Below, piece after piece: positions 39,187 to 54,507 of a DNA stretch of 64,000 nucleotides (position 1 is the stretch's first letter; each line of letters begins with the position of its first letter). The stretch is taken from assembly GCF_006345805.1 (NCBI RefSeq), contig NC_043001.1, positions 111,662,001 to 111,726,000 on the forward strand, given 5' to 3'. The position numbers and the translations under genes are program-made. Below the pieces are notes generated by a model. It worked only from the letters and a program-made list of their open reading frames with translations. It was not told where the DNA came from and did not search any database. This DNA is from Octopus sinensis (Eukaryota).

Positions 39187-40315
39187 TAATATATATATAT
39201 ATAAATCATATATATATATAAATCATATATATATATAATTTATATATATATGATTTATATATATATATATATTATATATATGTATTCATATATATATACA
39301 TTTATATATATATATATTATATATATATATAATATATATACACGTGCATATAGTTGGGCATATGTGGGGCAAGAAGTATGGGTACATATGCAAGTGTAAA
39401 CCTGAACAAAAAAAAAACTCAATAGAAAACGTATATTCAAAGATGGAGTTTGATAATACTGGTGCATATCTCAGCAGGCGTTATTTTGCATAAAAATAAC
39501 GAAAATCCAACAATAGGGACTCATGATTGAAATAAAAGCGAACATGCAGAACTATAAAGGATTTTCTTAGAAAAGGGGTGAATACGTAAAGAATGCATTG
39601 CGTACGACAAGATGTATAAATATATGTATATTCAACCCTACGCAACAATTCGAAGTTTAAGTGTAATATTTCTTAGTCATTAAGTACTATCATGTGTCCC
39701 TTCCAGTTTCTCTGTCACCCGCTCAGTTTTTCCCCTATCTCTCCTTCGATACATGTGTGTTTGTGTGAGTGTGTGTGTGAGTGTGTGAAGGTGCGTGTGT
39801 ATGTGTGAATGTATAAATATGAATGCACACGAAAGAGACGTAGAGTCGACTTCAGCCATCCATTTTGAAGTTATATTTATACATAAACTTTACACACGCT
39901 TTTTTCTGAATTAGTCGTTCTTCAGTGTGTTTCGTGTGTGTGCTTGTGTGTGTGATGTGTGATGTGTGTGTGTGTGTGTATAAATGGTATATATATGTTT
40001 ATGTGTGTATATAAATGGTATATATATGTGTGTGTGTGTGTGTGCGTGTGTGTGTGTGTGCGTGTTTGTGTATGCACATGTATGTAGGCAAATGGATATG
40101 AAAGTAAACAGATAGACACACAGACGGATAGGTATATAGATAATATGAACAGACAACCACACATACACATACATATGTAGACACACACCCATACCTGCAG
40201 ATAGTACATAATCACAAAAACCCAAACACACACACACATACATACACTCAGACATTCAGCAAACACCAGAACGCAATCGAGCAAGACAAAAGAAAAGCAA
40301 TAAAAATATGGATTA

Positions 40316-40480
40316 GGCGCAGGAGTGGCTGTGTGGTAAGTAGCTTGCTAACCAGCCACATGGTTCCGGGTTCAGTCCCACTGCGTGGCATCTTGGGCAA
40401 GTGTCTTCTGCTATAGTCCCGGGCCGACCAATGCCTTGTGAGTGGATTTGGTAGACGGAAACTGAAAGAAGCCTGTCGTA

Positions 40481-40558
<78 letters not shown>

Positions 40559-40774
40559 TGTGTTTGTGTGTGTGTGTTTGTCCCCCTAGCATTGCTTGAA
40601 AACCGATGCTGGTGTGTTTACGTCCCCGTCACATAGCGGTTCAGCAATAGAGACCGATAGAATAAGTATTGGGCTTACAAAGAATAAGTCCCGGGGTCGA
40701 TTTGCTCGACTAAAGGCGGTGCTCCAGCATGGCCGCAGTCAAATGACTGAAACAAGTAAAAGAGTAAAAGAGTA
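40316..40774 (+). mobile_element. SINE family A, full length, young
   Basis: Near-identical to 20969-21400. Confidence 0.9.
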
Positions 40775-41523
40775 TTCACATACATGTCTTGTTCTGGTGT
40801 TTTCTGAATCTTTTCTTGAGAACATTTCTTAGTGGTAAGACCATAGCGGATCTACTTCTAGCATAAGGGTTGCCCACATAGTGGTCATCCCTCTCATATG
40901 TATATAATACAATTTTACTGACCCTTCAGATTTTTATATGCTAGACCACTGGTGTGAAATTGATTGAATTAGTATCAAATTTCTCACCCTCGTTTTAAAT
41001 TCAAATTTAAATTAATACGTTCGCTAACCGGCAAAACCCACTGCAGTAAATTATTTTCTACAGTATTATTTTTCCGGTAATTTAGCGCACCAAAACGAAG
41101 ACATTTGGATAGTAACCACGAGTGTAGCAGGTAGAACTATATACAAATCCGACTTGAGCGGACGTCCTAGTATATAGTTCTGCAAATTATATTTATTTGG
41201 ACGGTCACACCGAAGCTCAACGGACATTTACGTAATATGTTAATAGTGAAACATGTATGTGAATAATCCATATTTTTATTGCTTTTCTTTTGCCTTGCTC
41301 GATTACGTTCTGGTGTTAGCTGAATCTTTTCTTGAGAACATTTCTTAGTGGTAAGACCATAGCGGATCCACTTCTAGCATAAGGCTTGCCCACGTAGTGG
41401 TCATCCCTCTCATAGGTATATAATACAATTTTACTGACCCTTCAAATTTTTATATGCTAGACCACTGGTGTGAAATTGATGTTAATTAAATTAATATCAA
41501 ATTTCTAACCCTCATTTTAAATT

Positions 41524-41571
<48 letters not shown>

Positions 41572-41609
41572 TGTACGTATGTATGTATGTATGTATGCAT
41601 TTAAGCATG

Positions 41610-41672
<63 letters not shown>

Positions 41673-42148
41673 GTATATATGTGTATATATATATGTGTGT
41701 GTGTGTGTGTCGGTGGACATATCTAATATATAATATATATTCCTATAGGTAAGCATATATTATTACATACATGAATATATCTGTGCGTGTTCTTATTTTC
41801 TCTGATCCATTAGTCACAGTGAGTGATGAAAGTTTCTGTTCTTTTACTTGTAATTCATATTCAGTATCGTTTCCATGAATATATTATCTCGAAATATTAC
41901 TAACACATCGTATCTTCCGACATTAAGGAAGCCAAAAAAGAATTTAATCAAAGTAAGTAAAAGTGAAGAAAAAACCTACATTGATACAAGGATGCCGACA
42001 GACAGCGCAGCAACCACATGGGAAATATGTGAATGTGAAACTTTTGGAAAAGATATAAGTACATGTCTATATATGTATGTATATATATATGTGTGTGTAT
42101 GTGTGAAAGAGAGAGTATGTGTGTCGGCATATACAGAATATATATATG

Positions 42149-42198
<50 letters not shown>

Positions 42199-42287
42199 TA
42201 TATATATGCATATATATGTGTATATATATATATATAATGTATATATATATATGTATATATGTATATATATATATGCGTGTGTATATG

Positions 42288-42342
<55 letters not shown>

Positions 42343-42737
42343 GCGCAACATATATAAATGAACACAAAAGCACGCACACCCACACAGGTGAAGAATCACA
42401 CATACAAAGTAAAGGGCGATAACTGGACAAGAAGCATCATATCTGCATTTATCAAAGGATTCCCTTTTTTTCACAAATGTGACACTTATACAAGAATATA
42501 AGCGAAATGGTTACTATAACCATAAGAAAAAATTACCCGAGAAGAAAGCATACTGATTCTTAACGCAAATATCACATGTTCATTCATGGTTTGCAAGCCA
42601 TTCGACGATCTTGCACGGTCCTCGTCTATCCCTGTTTCACAGATAAGACTTTGTGCGACCCATGGCAATGAGAAAATGCACTTGCCAAGATTAAGTAGTG
42701 GATCTGAACCCAGGATTTCGTAATTGCAAATGAATTT

Positions 42738-42946
42738 TACTCTTTACTTGTTTCAGTCATTTTGACTCCGGCCATGCTGGAGTACCGCCTTTATGTGCGT
42801 GCAAATAGACCTCAGGACTTATTCTTTGTAAGCCTAGTACTTATTCTATCGGTCTCTTTTGCTGAACTGCTAAGTTACGGGGACGTAAACACACCAATAT
42901 CGGTTGTCAAGTGATGTTAGGGAGACAAGCACAGACACATAAACAT

Positions 42947-42982
<36 letters not shown>

Positions 42983-43109
42983 ACACACATATATATATAT
43001 ATATACATACATACAACGGGTTTCTTTCAGTTTCCGTCTACCAAATCCACTCTCAAGGCTTTGGTCGGCCCGAGGCTATAGTAGAACACTTGACCAAGGT
43101 GCTACGCAT
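42738..43109 (-). mobile_element. SINE family A, 5'-truncated
   Basis: Reverse-complement match with internal (CA)/(TA) tract. Confidence 0.8.
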
Positions 43110-44410
43110 AAGCATTTCTCTAGATCGAATTGTCACAAGGATTTTAGCGAAAATACAGTAAACGTTAGTGATAGGCGTACTGTATAAATCTTATAATAAT
43201 GAATTATCACCGCGCTTAATGGAATGATCCTTAACAGGGTTTTGTACATGAAATCCAAAGTCATTTTGCCGTAGCGGGAGATTACATCGTGTTTGGCGCG
43301 AATTGATTTTAAAATACGCAACACGTATAAATACGTTGCTTCTGAAAAACAACCTAATAAGTTCATTATACAGTTCATTAATATTTTTAAATCATTATAA
43401 CTATAATTTTTAATTTCATTTTAATTGTTATTTCTTTACGTGTATGTGTGTGTGCGTGTATGTATGTATTATGTATGTATGTCTGAATGCACGTATGTAT
43501 GTCAATGCTTATGTATATATAAGTATATATATATATCCGCGGATTGAAAAAGTCTATCCCATACACAAGCCCTTCTGAAATATATTATGTCTACTTAACA
43601 GAAACATTAAACATTTAAACAAAGAAGTAATCACTGCCGCTTTCATCCAACTCTCCTGTGTGTGTGGTCACAGTGTATGAGTGGTACAGAATGAGGGGTG
43701 TGTGCAGAGAAGAGGAAGTTCCCCGATAAAGTTAGCTTGTATAAGATGCCTTGTAAAAAATAATCAAAATCCATGTCTAAATATTTACATATTACTGTTC
43801 GAAAGATATTAATTTAACACGAAACTTTACCTTGCATTAGCTGGTGTTTTATATAATGGGATATTAAAATCAAATTTCAGCGGGAGACATAGTTTTTTCG
43901 AAAAACAAATAACATTGTAGTCTCCTGATTATGTATGCGTAATGGCTATTAAATAGAAATTATGAAATGGCCTCTAAGTAGCGACAAGTGTATCAGAACT
44001 ATTTCAGACAAGTGGGACTGAATTCTTGGATTTTATATACATCGAGCAAAAACGAAATATAAAATAGTTAGAAAAACATTTTATAAACATTGATATGTAA
44101 ACATTTTGTAAGCATCACCTCATAAATTTTGTCACAAACAATTTATAAAGCGATTATAATTACGTTTACGTTGAAGAAAATAAAGTTTGCATTCTTCTAC
44201 ATTCTTGCATTTTTCAAATTGTTGTTATTAGATCTACTTTTATTATTTTCATTATATATATAAGTATATATATATGTGTGTGTGTGTGTGCGTGTGCGTG
44301 CGTGTGTGTGTGTGTGTGCTGTGTGTATGCAAATAATTTTAAATTTCATTTTTCATTTTACATATTTATATGCACATACATACATACAACATACATACAT
44401 ATATATATAT

Positions 44411-44462
<52 letters not shown>

Positions 44463-44647
44463 TGATAGATAAATAGATAGATTGAAAGACAGATAGAGAG
44501 AGAGAAAGAGAGATAGAGATGTACCAAAGAATATATAAATATATATATATGTCTATATACATACGTACATATGTGTGTGTGTGTATAAGTATATACATAT
44601 GAATATGCATGTGAATATATATATATACATGCGCATGTGTACGTATG

Positions 44648-44691
<44 letters not shown>

Positions 44692-44696
44692 TGGAT

Positions 44697-44756
<60 letters not shown>

Positions 44757-45982
44757 GATAGATAGATAGATACATACATACATACATGCATACATACATA
44801 CATGTAGATATAGATATAAGCATATATATATACAATTTTATACGTGTGTGTGTGTGTGTGTGGTGTATACTGGTGTGTGTATTTTGATTTGTGCATTCAT
44901 ATTTGCATGTGTATATAAATGTATATGCACTTTTTCTTTGCCCGATAGGTTTTCAATACACGCACACATTTACGTATCACCTTATATTATGCTATATCGC
45001 TTAATATTGTTATGCTAAAGGTTATCCAATGAAAATACAAATCCATTAAACTAAGACACTTTGAAGTGTATGTATGCCTGAGTAACAATGACAGTTAATT
45101 CTTCTGTTGTTCTTTGTGTTGGTTGATGCTGCGTTCACTGTTCACATTATTCTAGATTGTCTTATATAATCTCATATATATATATGACCACCACTGACAA
45201 ATTATATTAACCTAAAAGTTAAAGACAATAGCAATTGGCAGTCAAGAATTCCCGTGTTGAAATTTAATATTGATAACAGGTTACACAACATCGGTAAAAC
45301 GCTCACAAGGCCAAGTAATTTGCAAACAAGAGTTGCGAGTTATATCAGATGATCCCTTTTCAATACAAACGTGTTAATGAAGACACGGGGTATCTCCCAG
45401 CCACTGGTTGGCCGTTGACTCACCTGGGTTTATTTACCCGTTACCAGGTATTGTCTTTCAGCGAAAACCACCCATTTAATCTTCTATATATTTACACACA
45501 TTATACAGATATATTTTTACTTTTCATCAATTTTCGAGTTATGCTAATCCTTTACACAACCATATCAATCTAAGTCCGAATTATGAATGTGATATGTGTA
45601 TAGCAGTATCCAGTCAGCAGTGTGTAAAAGTGTGTGTGTGTATGTGATTGTATATATATATATATGTATATTTCCTTCGAAACGCGAAGTAGATGAAACA
45701 GGGACAACTGATGAAGGGGAATATTCTTTATGTTGCATGTCTCATCTCTGTTTTTTTCATTGTTCGAAAAAAAGTTCGTTCTCTATGTTTTTGTTTTTAT
45801 GTTTTCGTTTCTCATTGTGTTCAACGTTTTATTATTTTTTTCATGTCCTGTACCCATATATGACCCATATATGCATGTATATATACATATATAAGTAGGT
45901 ATGTACATATATGTATGTATATATGCATATATTTATGTATTATTTATATTATATGATCGATAGTCATGCATCATTTTCCAAG

Positions 45983-46075
<93 letters not shown>

Positions 46076-46149
46076 CGTGCATGCGTGTGTGTGTGTATAT
46101 ATGTATATATATATATGTACATAAAGACATACATATGTACATACATATC

Positions 46150-46690
46150 ACCTACATCATAAGCAGTTGTCTGAAAATGTCATCACGGTATTATCTACCG
46201 ATGAAACATGATGTTATAGCTAGGACACTATATGGAAATACGTCAGTAGGAAAACCCCGAGGACAAAGAAATAAGAACCCACGGTATGGTAGAAATCACA
46301 GCGACGCATAAAAAACAGTACTGGTGGAATGTCCCAGGGAAGACCTCAATAAAATGTAAACACAACGGACCCGATATAATGATTTGGGATGAAAAAGAGT
46401 AACTGTGTATCGTGAGATTTAGCTGCCCAGCCGATGTTAAAATAAAGTGAAATATACGCTGAACTATTAAGAAATCTGCTGTTGCTCTATCCAGATTACA
46501 AGTTCAGATTTATACCTGTAATATATACCTGTAATGAGATATGTAACACACTGCCTAAATACCATCTTGAGAAACAAGGCTTCTCAAAATCAGAAAGAAA
46601 AAAGCTAATTCGAAGACCATATATCCCGTCCATTACTGGAACCTTAAAAATCTGTAAAACTTTGCGAAAGTTTATGATTTAAATATGTAT
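46150..46690 (+). mobile_element. RLE-type (R4/Dong-like) non-LTR retrotransposon 3' fragment
   Basis: IISSCLKMSSRYYLPMKHDVIARTLY (CCHC region), KHNGPDIMIWD (RLE PD motif), LLYPDYKFRFIPVI...KQGFSKSERKKLIRR...SITGTLKICK. Confidence 0.8.
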
Positions 46691-46737
46691 GAGCATGTCT
46701 AGTTATGCAACTATATGTATGAGAATAAAAACGTCAC

Positions 46738-46910
46738 CCTTTTCAAGCCTAACCAGGCTCATGGGCCCGGTTTCCCGGTTTCTGTGGAGTTTGTGTTCCT
46801 GCCCAGCTGGATGGGACGCCAGTCCATCGCAGCGTTACTCAAGAAATAGGAAAAGGGAGTGATAGAAAGTTGTGGCGAAAGAGTACAACAGGAGTAGCCA
46901 ACACCCCAGA
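46738..46910 (-). mobile_element. SINE fragment (family D): family-C-like body joined to a V-domain-like tail
   Basis: rc: ctgttgtactctttcgccacaactttct (as in family C) followed by gctgcgatggactggcgtcccatccag (V-SINE-like motif, from recall). Confidence 0.55.
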
Positions 46911-47490
46911 TTTAATTGTCGCTGAACATTTTGTCCGGAGTCGATGATTTCAATATTGAAAAAAATTCTTTACAATTATCCAATGTATCACAAGGGAACG
47001 TCGATACTCGTCTCCAATTCGGATGAGAATGCCAATTCTGTGTTGAGCGCCCACTCTCGCTATTTTTGTTTAAAATTAACGAATGTGTGTGTGTTGTGCT
47101 TGTTTTTACATAGAATGATAGAATTATAACATGAACACATACACGCATACACATATGTATATATATGTATATATATATATGTGTGTGTGTGTACGTATGT
47201 ATATATATATGTATATATGCCTTCGTATTATATATAAGTAGATAAATATAGATACATGTATATACACATGTAAACATGTATACATATATACACACCAAAC
47301 TTCCAATTTTTACTTGCCAGTGGGGAAACAACTTTTAGTTGTGCAATCAAGTTTAATAAATTAAGTTCCTCCTTTATATATACATGTCTATGAGATGTGG
47401 CTTAAAATGAAGGCAACGGTTATTAGTGTAATTGAATGTTAATCAATACAAATACATACGCTTATCTATCCATATACATACATATATATA

Positions 47491-47564
<74 letters not shown>

Positions 47565-47565
47565 G

Positions 47566-47599
<34 letters not shown>

Positions 47600-48649
47600 T
47601 GTATATGTGGAGAGAATGCTCTGCACAAAAAATATGTAATTAAGTAAGTTCTATCAGACATATTCAAGAAGTAATCAGCTTAAAATGTAGTTACCATTTC
47701 ATAGATACTAGTGAATATAGATTAATAAATGAATGCTTATTTATAAGGCTAAATTAACGTATGCACTTAAATAATTATTAAGTAATGGACTCGAGGTTTT
47801 TATTTTGGCAAAATATATCTTAATATGCAGAATTTATTTCTACAGCTAATAATAATGGTAGTATATATCTTACAACGTAATGAGCTAAGCAAGACAAAAA
47901 TAGGGGAAAAATTGTAAATCTGTAACTAAAGAATATAATATTGACGAGCAATCCAGCTTCCTAAAATGGAGATTTATAATTAATATTGATTAAGGCGGTG
48001 AACTGGTAGAACCGTTAGCATCGGCAGGAAAAAATGCTTTACGTCCTGAGTTCGATCTTGCCTTCATCTTTTCACCGTCGATAAACTAAGTATCAGATTA
48101 ATATTAACTTCGCTCCCTCGAAAATGCTGTCCTTGGGCCAGAATTTGAAACCAATATCATTGTGTTTAACCCATTGCCTATCATGAGCCCCATTTAGGGA
48201 TCTGCTAAAAACTGTCTCACTGCCGGTTGTTCGTTGTATTTAAAGTGAATTGCTTATTTATAGTTCTTTACAGATGTGTGTTTAACAATATTTAGTAAAG
48301 TTTGTCCGTATTAGCTCTGGCTAATTCTTGACGCCATTTTATGTTATAAATTGCAAGTTTTGAACTACAAAAATATTGACTCTTTTTTATTTGCATTTCC
48401 CATCTATATCATTCATTGATATTTCATACACATTCGCAACTAAAATATTTATTATTGCAATTGAATAGAAAAGGATAAATATGCTGGGTTTTTTTCAGCA
48501 ATCCCCATTTGGGACTTTTCGAAAAATTTATCATAATCTCCAAGATAATTCACATACGAAGAAAATTTAAATACTATATATTAATTTAGCTCCTAAGACA
48601 CCTCGCAAAGCCAAATTACGAATAAAAGAATTTGGCAGTCAATGAGTTA

Positions 48650-48830
48650 AGGCGGCGTGCTGGCAGTATCATTAGAACGCCGGACGAAATGCTTAGCGGC
48701 ATTTTGTACGACTTTACGTTCTGAGTTCAAATTTAGCCGAGTTCAAATTCTCATTTAAGCACTGGGATCGATGTAGTCGACTAGCCTCTCCCCCGAAATT
48801 GCTGGCTTTTTGACAAGTTTCAAGCCATTA
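48650..48830 (+). mobile_element. SINE family B, diverged
   Basis: Degenerate head/body match. Confidence 0.65.
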
Positions 48831-48845
48831 TTGATTATAATAAGA

Positions 48846-49078
48846 AGGCGGCGAGCTGGCAGAAACATTAGCACGCCGGGCGAAATCCTTTGCAGTATTT
48901 CGTCTGTCGCTACGTTCTGAGTTCAAATTCCGCCGAAGTCGACTTTGCCTTTCATCCTTTCGGGGTCGATTAAATAAGTACCAGTTACGCACTGGGGTCG
49001 ATATAATCGACTCAATCCGCTTGTCTATCCTTGTTTGTCCCTTCTGTGTGTAGCCCCTTGTGGGCAGTAAAGAAATAA
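48846..49078 (+). mobile_element. SINE family B, tail type 1, young
   Basis: Near-identical to 1245-1477; followed by gaaacgt. Confidence 0.9.
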
Positions 49079-51134
49079 GAAACGTCCCTCATCAGTTACG
49101 ATACACCGAGCCTTAATTTTCATGCAACGATTACACATTATTCTCTCTTTTTGGAGATAAAAGATGGAAACCAAGATCGAACATTAATCCTGAATGTCAA
49201 CAGATGCATCAGTATAAGATTACTGAAATATATATGTATATTGTATTGTATGGACTTTTTAAGTTCAAATAAGGTATTTTAAAAATTGTAAGAGGGTTAA
49301 GTCCTCAGTTTATGTGTTTTGTAAAGAACAATGTTATAGAGAAGCAGAGGGTCGGCGGGCGCTTTCTGGTTTCTCCTATCTTTTTCGTTAGTGCATCATT
49401 ATCATTCATTTCATTAATGTTTGTGTCCAGCTCGCAAAGCTACATTATCTGTGTTCTGCTTTTATGGCAATGTAAGAAATATAGTATAAGACTACTGAAA
49501 TACATGGTTGCCAAATTAGCAGCAGAAGAATACAACCAACTTCTGTACATAAGAATATTCTTTCAGCAGCGGGTTTTCGAGTCTCATTTTGAAGTTGGCG
49601 CAAAGACATTTCCGAATTTAATAGTATCTAAGTTACTAATCATCTAGCTACCGTCGCTAACGATGGAGGAACTCATGTAAGTTGTATAACTATAACCATT
49701 TTGACATCATCTTTGAAACATGAGAGAAAACTGTTATGATGCCATGGTTATGGTGAGAAAATTGGTAAAACTAGATTTATTACTATGACATGTAATCCTT
49801 TCTAGGATAAAACTAGAGATATTTTTCATGGACAACTGTTTTCGGACAGGTCAGAGTGCTTAAGATGATAGTGGCAGATTTATTGAACGGCATATAACAT
49901 TTTTTGGAAATGTCAAGACATATTTCTATCAAAATAGCACCACATTACCTTATACATATACTGAGACAAAACATTCTGAAATCGTTTAGAAATGCATGAT
50001 TGATATTTTTTTTCCAAAATAAACGTACCATATGTGAAGAATAATATATAAAATAAATATCTTTTAATATACCATTCCTTATAATGAACATTTAATCTTC
50101 AAGTTTATGCGTTTAAAATCTTTGCACACCGGCAGTATTCATAGGGAAGAAGTAAATCGATCACATCAACACCAGTACTCGACTGGTATTTATTTAATCG
50201 ATCTTTGGGTCAACAGCCGTACATCTGTAGACTGAAACTCACTGCAAATATATTAACTTAAATTTCACATCCGTTTCCTACTTCTAGTAACTAGAGCAAT
50301 GATATTAGCCTTCCCATCTGAAAAAAAAGGAGCAGAATTGATCTAGGGTATACATTTGTTGATTTTGCATAATAACAGTAAGCTCCGATTAGTAGATACC
50401 ATTTTAGTTGCAGTAGAAAAGGAGGAGAGAAATGCATCTATGAAGTGTGTTTATATAAGATTTCATGCCAGTCAGTCGAGTGGCCATTCTCTGGATTCAA
50501 ACTCCAGTTAACGAGTTGGAAGTTTGTTTACGAAAGTCACTATAACATTTGTGAGTGTTAAAGTGAGAACGAAACGTTAGAATTTTTATAGGACAATAAT
50601 GATTTACTCTAACAAGAATAAAGAAAGTGCGAAAACAAATTCTTTAGAAGCGTTACATTCGATTGTTGAACGAATTTTAAAATTTACAAACAGTACAGCA
50701 AATTGTCATGTAAAGTATATAATGAAAGATAAATATAAACGGTTGAATTTTTTTAATTTCTTTTCTGAATATTTCGTTGTGAGAAAATTTTCTGTTGAGA
50801 GAAAAATGGCTAACACGAAATATATAAAGTAATAAACATTAATTGAAAAAAAAAATTCAAAATTGCTTTAGCAAACTTAATTTGTCAATATTTGCTAGGA
50901 ATAAAATACTTTCATAAATCAATTGATTTATGAAAAGAATATACGATTTCTCTTACTGAAACAGGAAAAAAAAAGTGAAACAAATAAAAAACAAAACTTC
51001 GATAATAAAAAGAAGATATATAGCTGTTAGGAAATCGAAACTGTAATAAAATTGAAAGAATATAAAACATAGATGAAGAGATATAAGAACTTCAACTGTA
51101 CACGATACGTTAAATAATTAAACTGCTAATGATA

Positions 51135-51350
51135 TGTAGCTGCGTAGTCAGCAGATTGCTTCCTAACCACATGGTTCCTGGTTCAGTTCCACTGTGTTGC
51201 ATCTTGGGCAAGGGTCTTCTACTATAGTCTCAGGTCGACCAAAGACCTGTGAATTGATTTGGCAGACTGAAACTGAAAGAACTGTGTATAGATATGTATG
51301 TGTGTGTAAGACTGTGTCTGTGTTTGTCCCTCACCAGCGCTTAGACATTA
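51135..51350 (+). mobile_element. SINE family A, degenerate
   Basis: aaccacatggttcctggttcagttccactg...cttgggcaagggtcttctactatag. Confidence 0.7.
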
Positions 51351-53106
51351 TCGAGAAGCATAAGAAGGACAATCGGGGCAATGGTCGAAAGTTTATGAAT
51401 ATAAGAAAACAATTTTAAAATGAGCACAAAATCCCAATAAATCAGTGAACAATAACGATGCCTCCATCTAAGAAATTTAGACAAAAATACCAGAATGCTA
51501 GTGGACTCAATATCGCAAGCGAAATAGGAAGACTAGTCAGAATACTCAATTAATAAAAACGTTAATTCCTCGGCTCAGAAATTCAAACCAAAATTTGACT
51601 CAATTTATTATAAACAAATACAAATGATGAGACAAACATCACTCTAATGAAAAGCAAAGCACATTGCTGATATTTATTGGGGTATGACAGTAATATAGCC
51701 GATTGAATAGAAACCAAGACTATTGTTTCTGCAAACAAAACTCGGAAACTGAAACCAGAATTCTGATTATTGTGAATAAATAATATTAGATGATTAGTTT
51801 GGCATTCTATTGTATAATTAATCTGTGTAAAGTTATGGGAATAATGAGGTTCATTTTGGAAGGAACTATTATTCGTTTTAGCGACAATTTCTGAATATTT
51901 TGGTTGGAATTTACAATAATATAATCAGCTGTTGAAATTGTTTGATGGATTTCCATACATGAAACTAATATCAAATCACGCATCACAGACAACAATTGAT
52001 TCTGTGAATGCTTGAAGGAATTCTAATTATAAATGATAAATATCTATTTCTTTCTCTCGTCCTCCAAAGCATTCGGAGTTTATATTTAAAAATAAACGAC
52101 GCTATTCAGATATGAATTATCAGTTTCGTTTGTTTTATTTCTTGTCCATTTCTTCGTCTATGTATATTTCAATCAGCACAATATCTCCTATAATATATAT
52201 CCTTTCATATATTTCACATTTCTAATAGAAATATGAACGACGAAACTATATGAATACTTAGTTCTACAGAATGAGGTGAGTAGGTTCTAGACTAGAGTAT
52301 TCTAAAAGTCACTTTCATTCTTTATTGAAATTTCAGCTATCGCTTACGTATATTTGTCTTAGTGTTAATCGCATGCATCTTGTAACTTCAGGCAATCCAA
52401 AACGGAAAACTCGAGTCAGTCTATAATACAATATGCAATCAAAGAGTCTTTTTGCTGTTGCTACTGTTATTTAGCTACATATCTATGATCAAATTCTATC
52501 TATTTCCAGGCATTGACCACATAAAATACTTGACCACATAAAATGTATTTTTTTTTTACGACGAGAGGCTGTGATTTGAGACAGATATTTCTGATATTCC
52601 TAACGGATTGGACGGTCAGTTAATGCTCCCTCATTGGGTTCAAAAACGTAATTATATAGTTTAATGCTGACTTAAACTGTTTTCTACTAATGTACCATGT
52701 TTGATGTCAAAACATGTCGATTGCACATTGTCTTATTAAGAAATGGGCATTTATTTGCTTTATGGTTAAATAAAATCATACGAATACACGCATATATGCT
52801 GAGATACATACGTACAGACAGAGATACATACACACACAGAGACGGGCACACATATATTATATAAACTATATGGTGATCGTATAGTAGAACCTACAGCTGT
52901 TGTAACCAGGTTATAAATTCCATCTGCACCCATTATCAGAGATGTATGGAAATTTTGAGTGCTTTTCCAAAAAATGTTAGACAAACACTCCTGGTTAAGT
53001 ATGGAACTCCATTACTTCTATGCTCGCTCGTTGAAAGATGGCCAGCTGTTCTCGAGCTAAGAACCATTGATATATAGGATGCATACAAATACATAATACA
53101 CTCCTA

Positions 53107-53207
53107 GGCGTAGGAGTGGCTGTGTGGTAAGTAGCTTGCTTACCAACCACATGGTTCCAGGTTCAGTCCCACTGCGTGGCATAGACAGAAACTGAGAGAA
53201 GCCCGTC

Positions 53208-53255
<48 letters not shown>

Positions 53256-53469
53256 GTGTTTGTGTGTTTGTGTCTGTCCCCCCAACATCGCTTGATAATC
53301 GATGCTGGCGTGTTTACGTCCCCGTAACTTAGAGGTTCGGCAAAAGAGACCGATAGAATAAGTACTATAAGTACTAGGCTTACAAAGAATATGTCCTGGG
53401 GTCGATTTGCTCGACTAAAGGCAGTGCTCCAACATGGCCACAGTCAAATGACTGAAACAAGTAAAAGAG

Positions 53470-53470
<1 letters not shown>
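53107..53470 (+). mobile_element. SINE family A with internal deletion
   Basis: Head joined directly to agacagaaactgagagaagcccgtcg; 3' half intact. Confidence 0.85.
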
Positions 53471-53501
<31 letters not shown>

Positions 53502-54507
53502 TTGTATTTACCCGAAAATATAGAATTGAATACGTCTTAAAACTGAGTACGAAACTTTCTCTTACTATTCCTCATCAATAATTGCTAGAAATACTCAACT
53601 GTTTTGATTTTTCCGTTGAAGATCTGACAGATAAGAGATCTCCAAAAAAAAAAAAAGTTTTACAAGGCCGAAAAGTAATAATGAATCCGCTGATGAGAAA
53701 CGAACCACGCATGACTTAACAACCGCGTGATCGTAGCAACTATCACACATCTGTCTAACTATTTCAAAGCAAATTTGCATATAACACGGACTAACAGGTG
53801 ACTAGACTACCAGAAATCCGCGGCAAGCGTATTCCAATATCTGAATGTAATAATGAACTAATCTTATGTATTGATATTTCATTGGAAAAATGTCTGTACT
53901 GATATCTACTTCATTAACATATCTTATTACCATTCATCCTCATAGACGTCCTTTCCTTTATGACAAAGATTAATTGCCTTGTATCTATCTACACCATTGG
54001 TACATTGTCTTCATTCTTATCTCTACACACATTAAATGTTCGCTTTAGAACTCCACGCCTTACACTATATATCTTTTTGTATGTCGCTAATTGTCTTTTT
54101 CAAACAGTAAACAGCCAGTCTTTCGTTATGCCTTGTCCATATTTGATAGCTTTTCCTCCGTTTACAGTCAGCTCCGTCTTATCCAATATTTCTCTTCCTC
54201 TTTACTTCATTTCTATATTCTCTTCCCATCTCCCAGCCATTTTTGCTTTTGTCCCACAAGTTATTTATTATCAGGCTGTAACCTGTTAGCTTAATCCTCA
54301 CAAATGTTCGCGTTTTACAACTAGAAAATATTAAATCTACAACCTTCATTGAATGAATACCTAACAAACAGAGCTGCTATTTATGTCATTCCATTTAATT
54401 CTGTTGGTTTCCATGTAATTAAATGAGGTATTGACTTTCACTGTAAATATTTAACTTGTTTGTTATCCTCCATTCTGTATCGCATACACCTTTCTCGCAT
54501 CTCTCAC

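Noticed and set aside
41126-41184. Hairpin agaactatatac/gtatatagttct as a pre-miRNA
   Set aside because: Only 12 bp contiguous, with a large asymmetric internal loop.
45675-45730. gaaacgcg and ctgatgaagggg near each other
   Set aside because: Wrong order for a type I HHR and no consistent stems; at most a heavily decayed relic.
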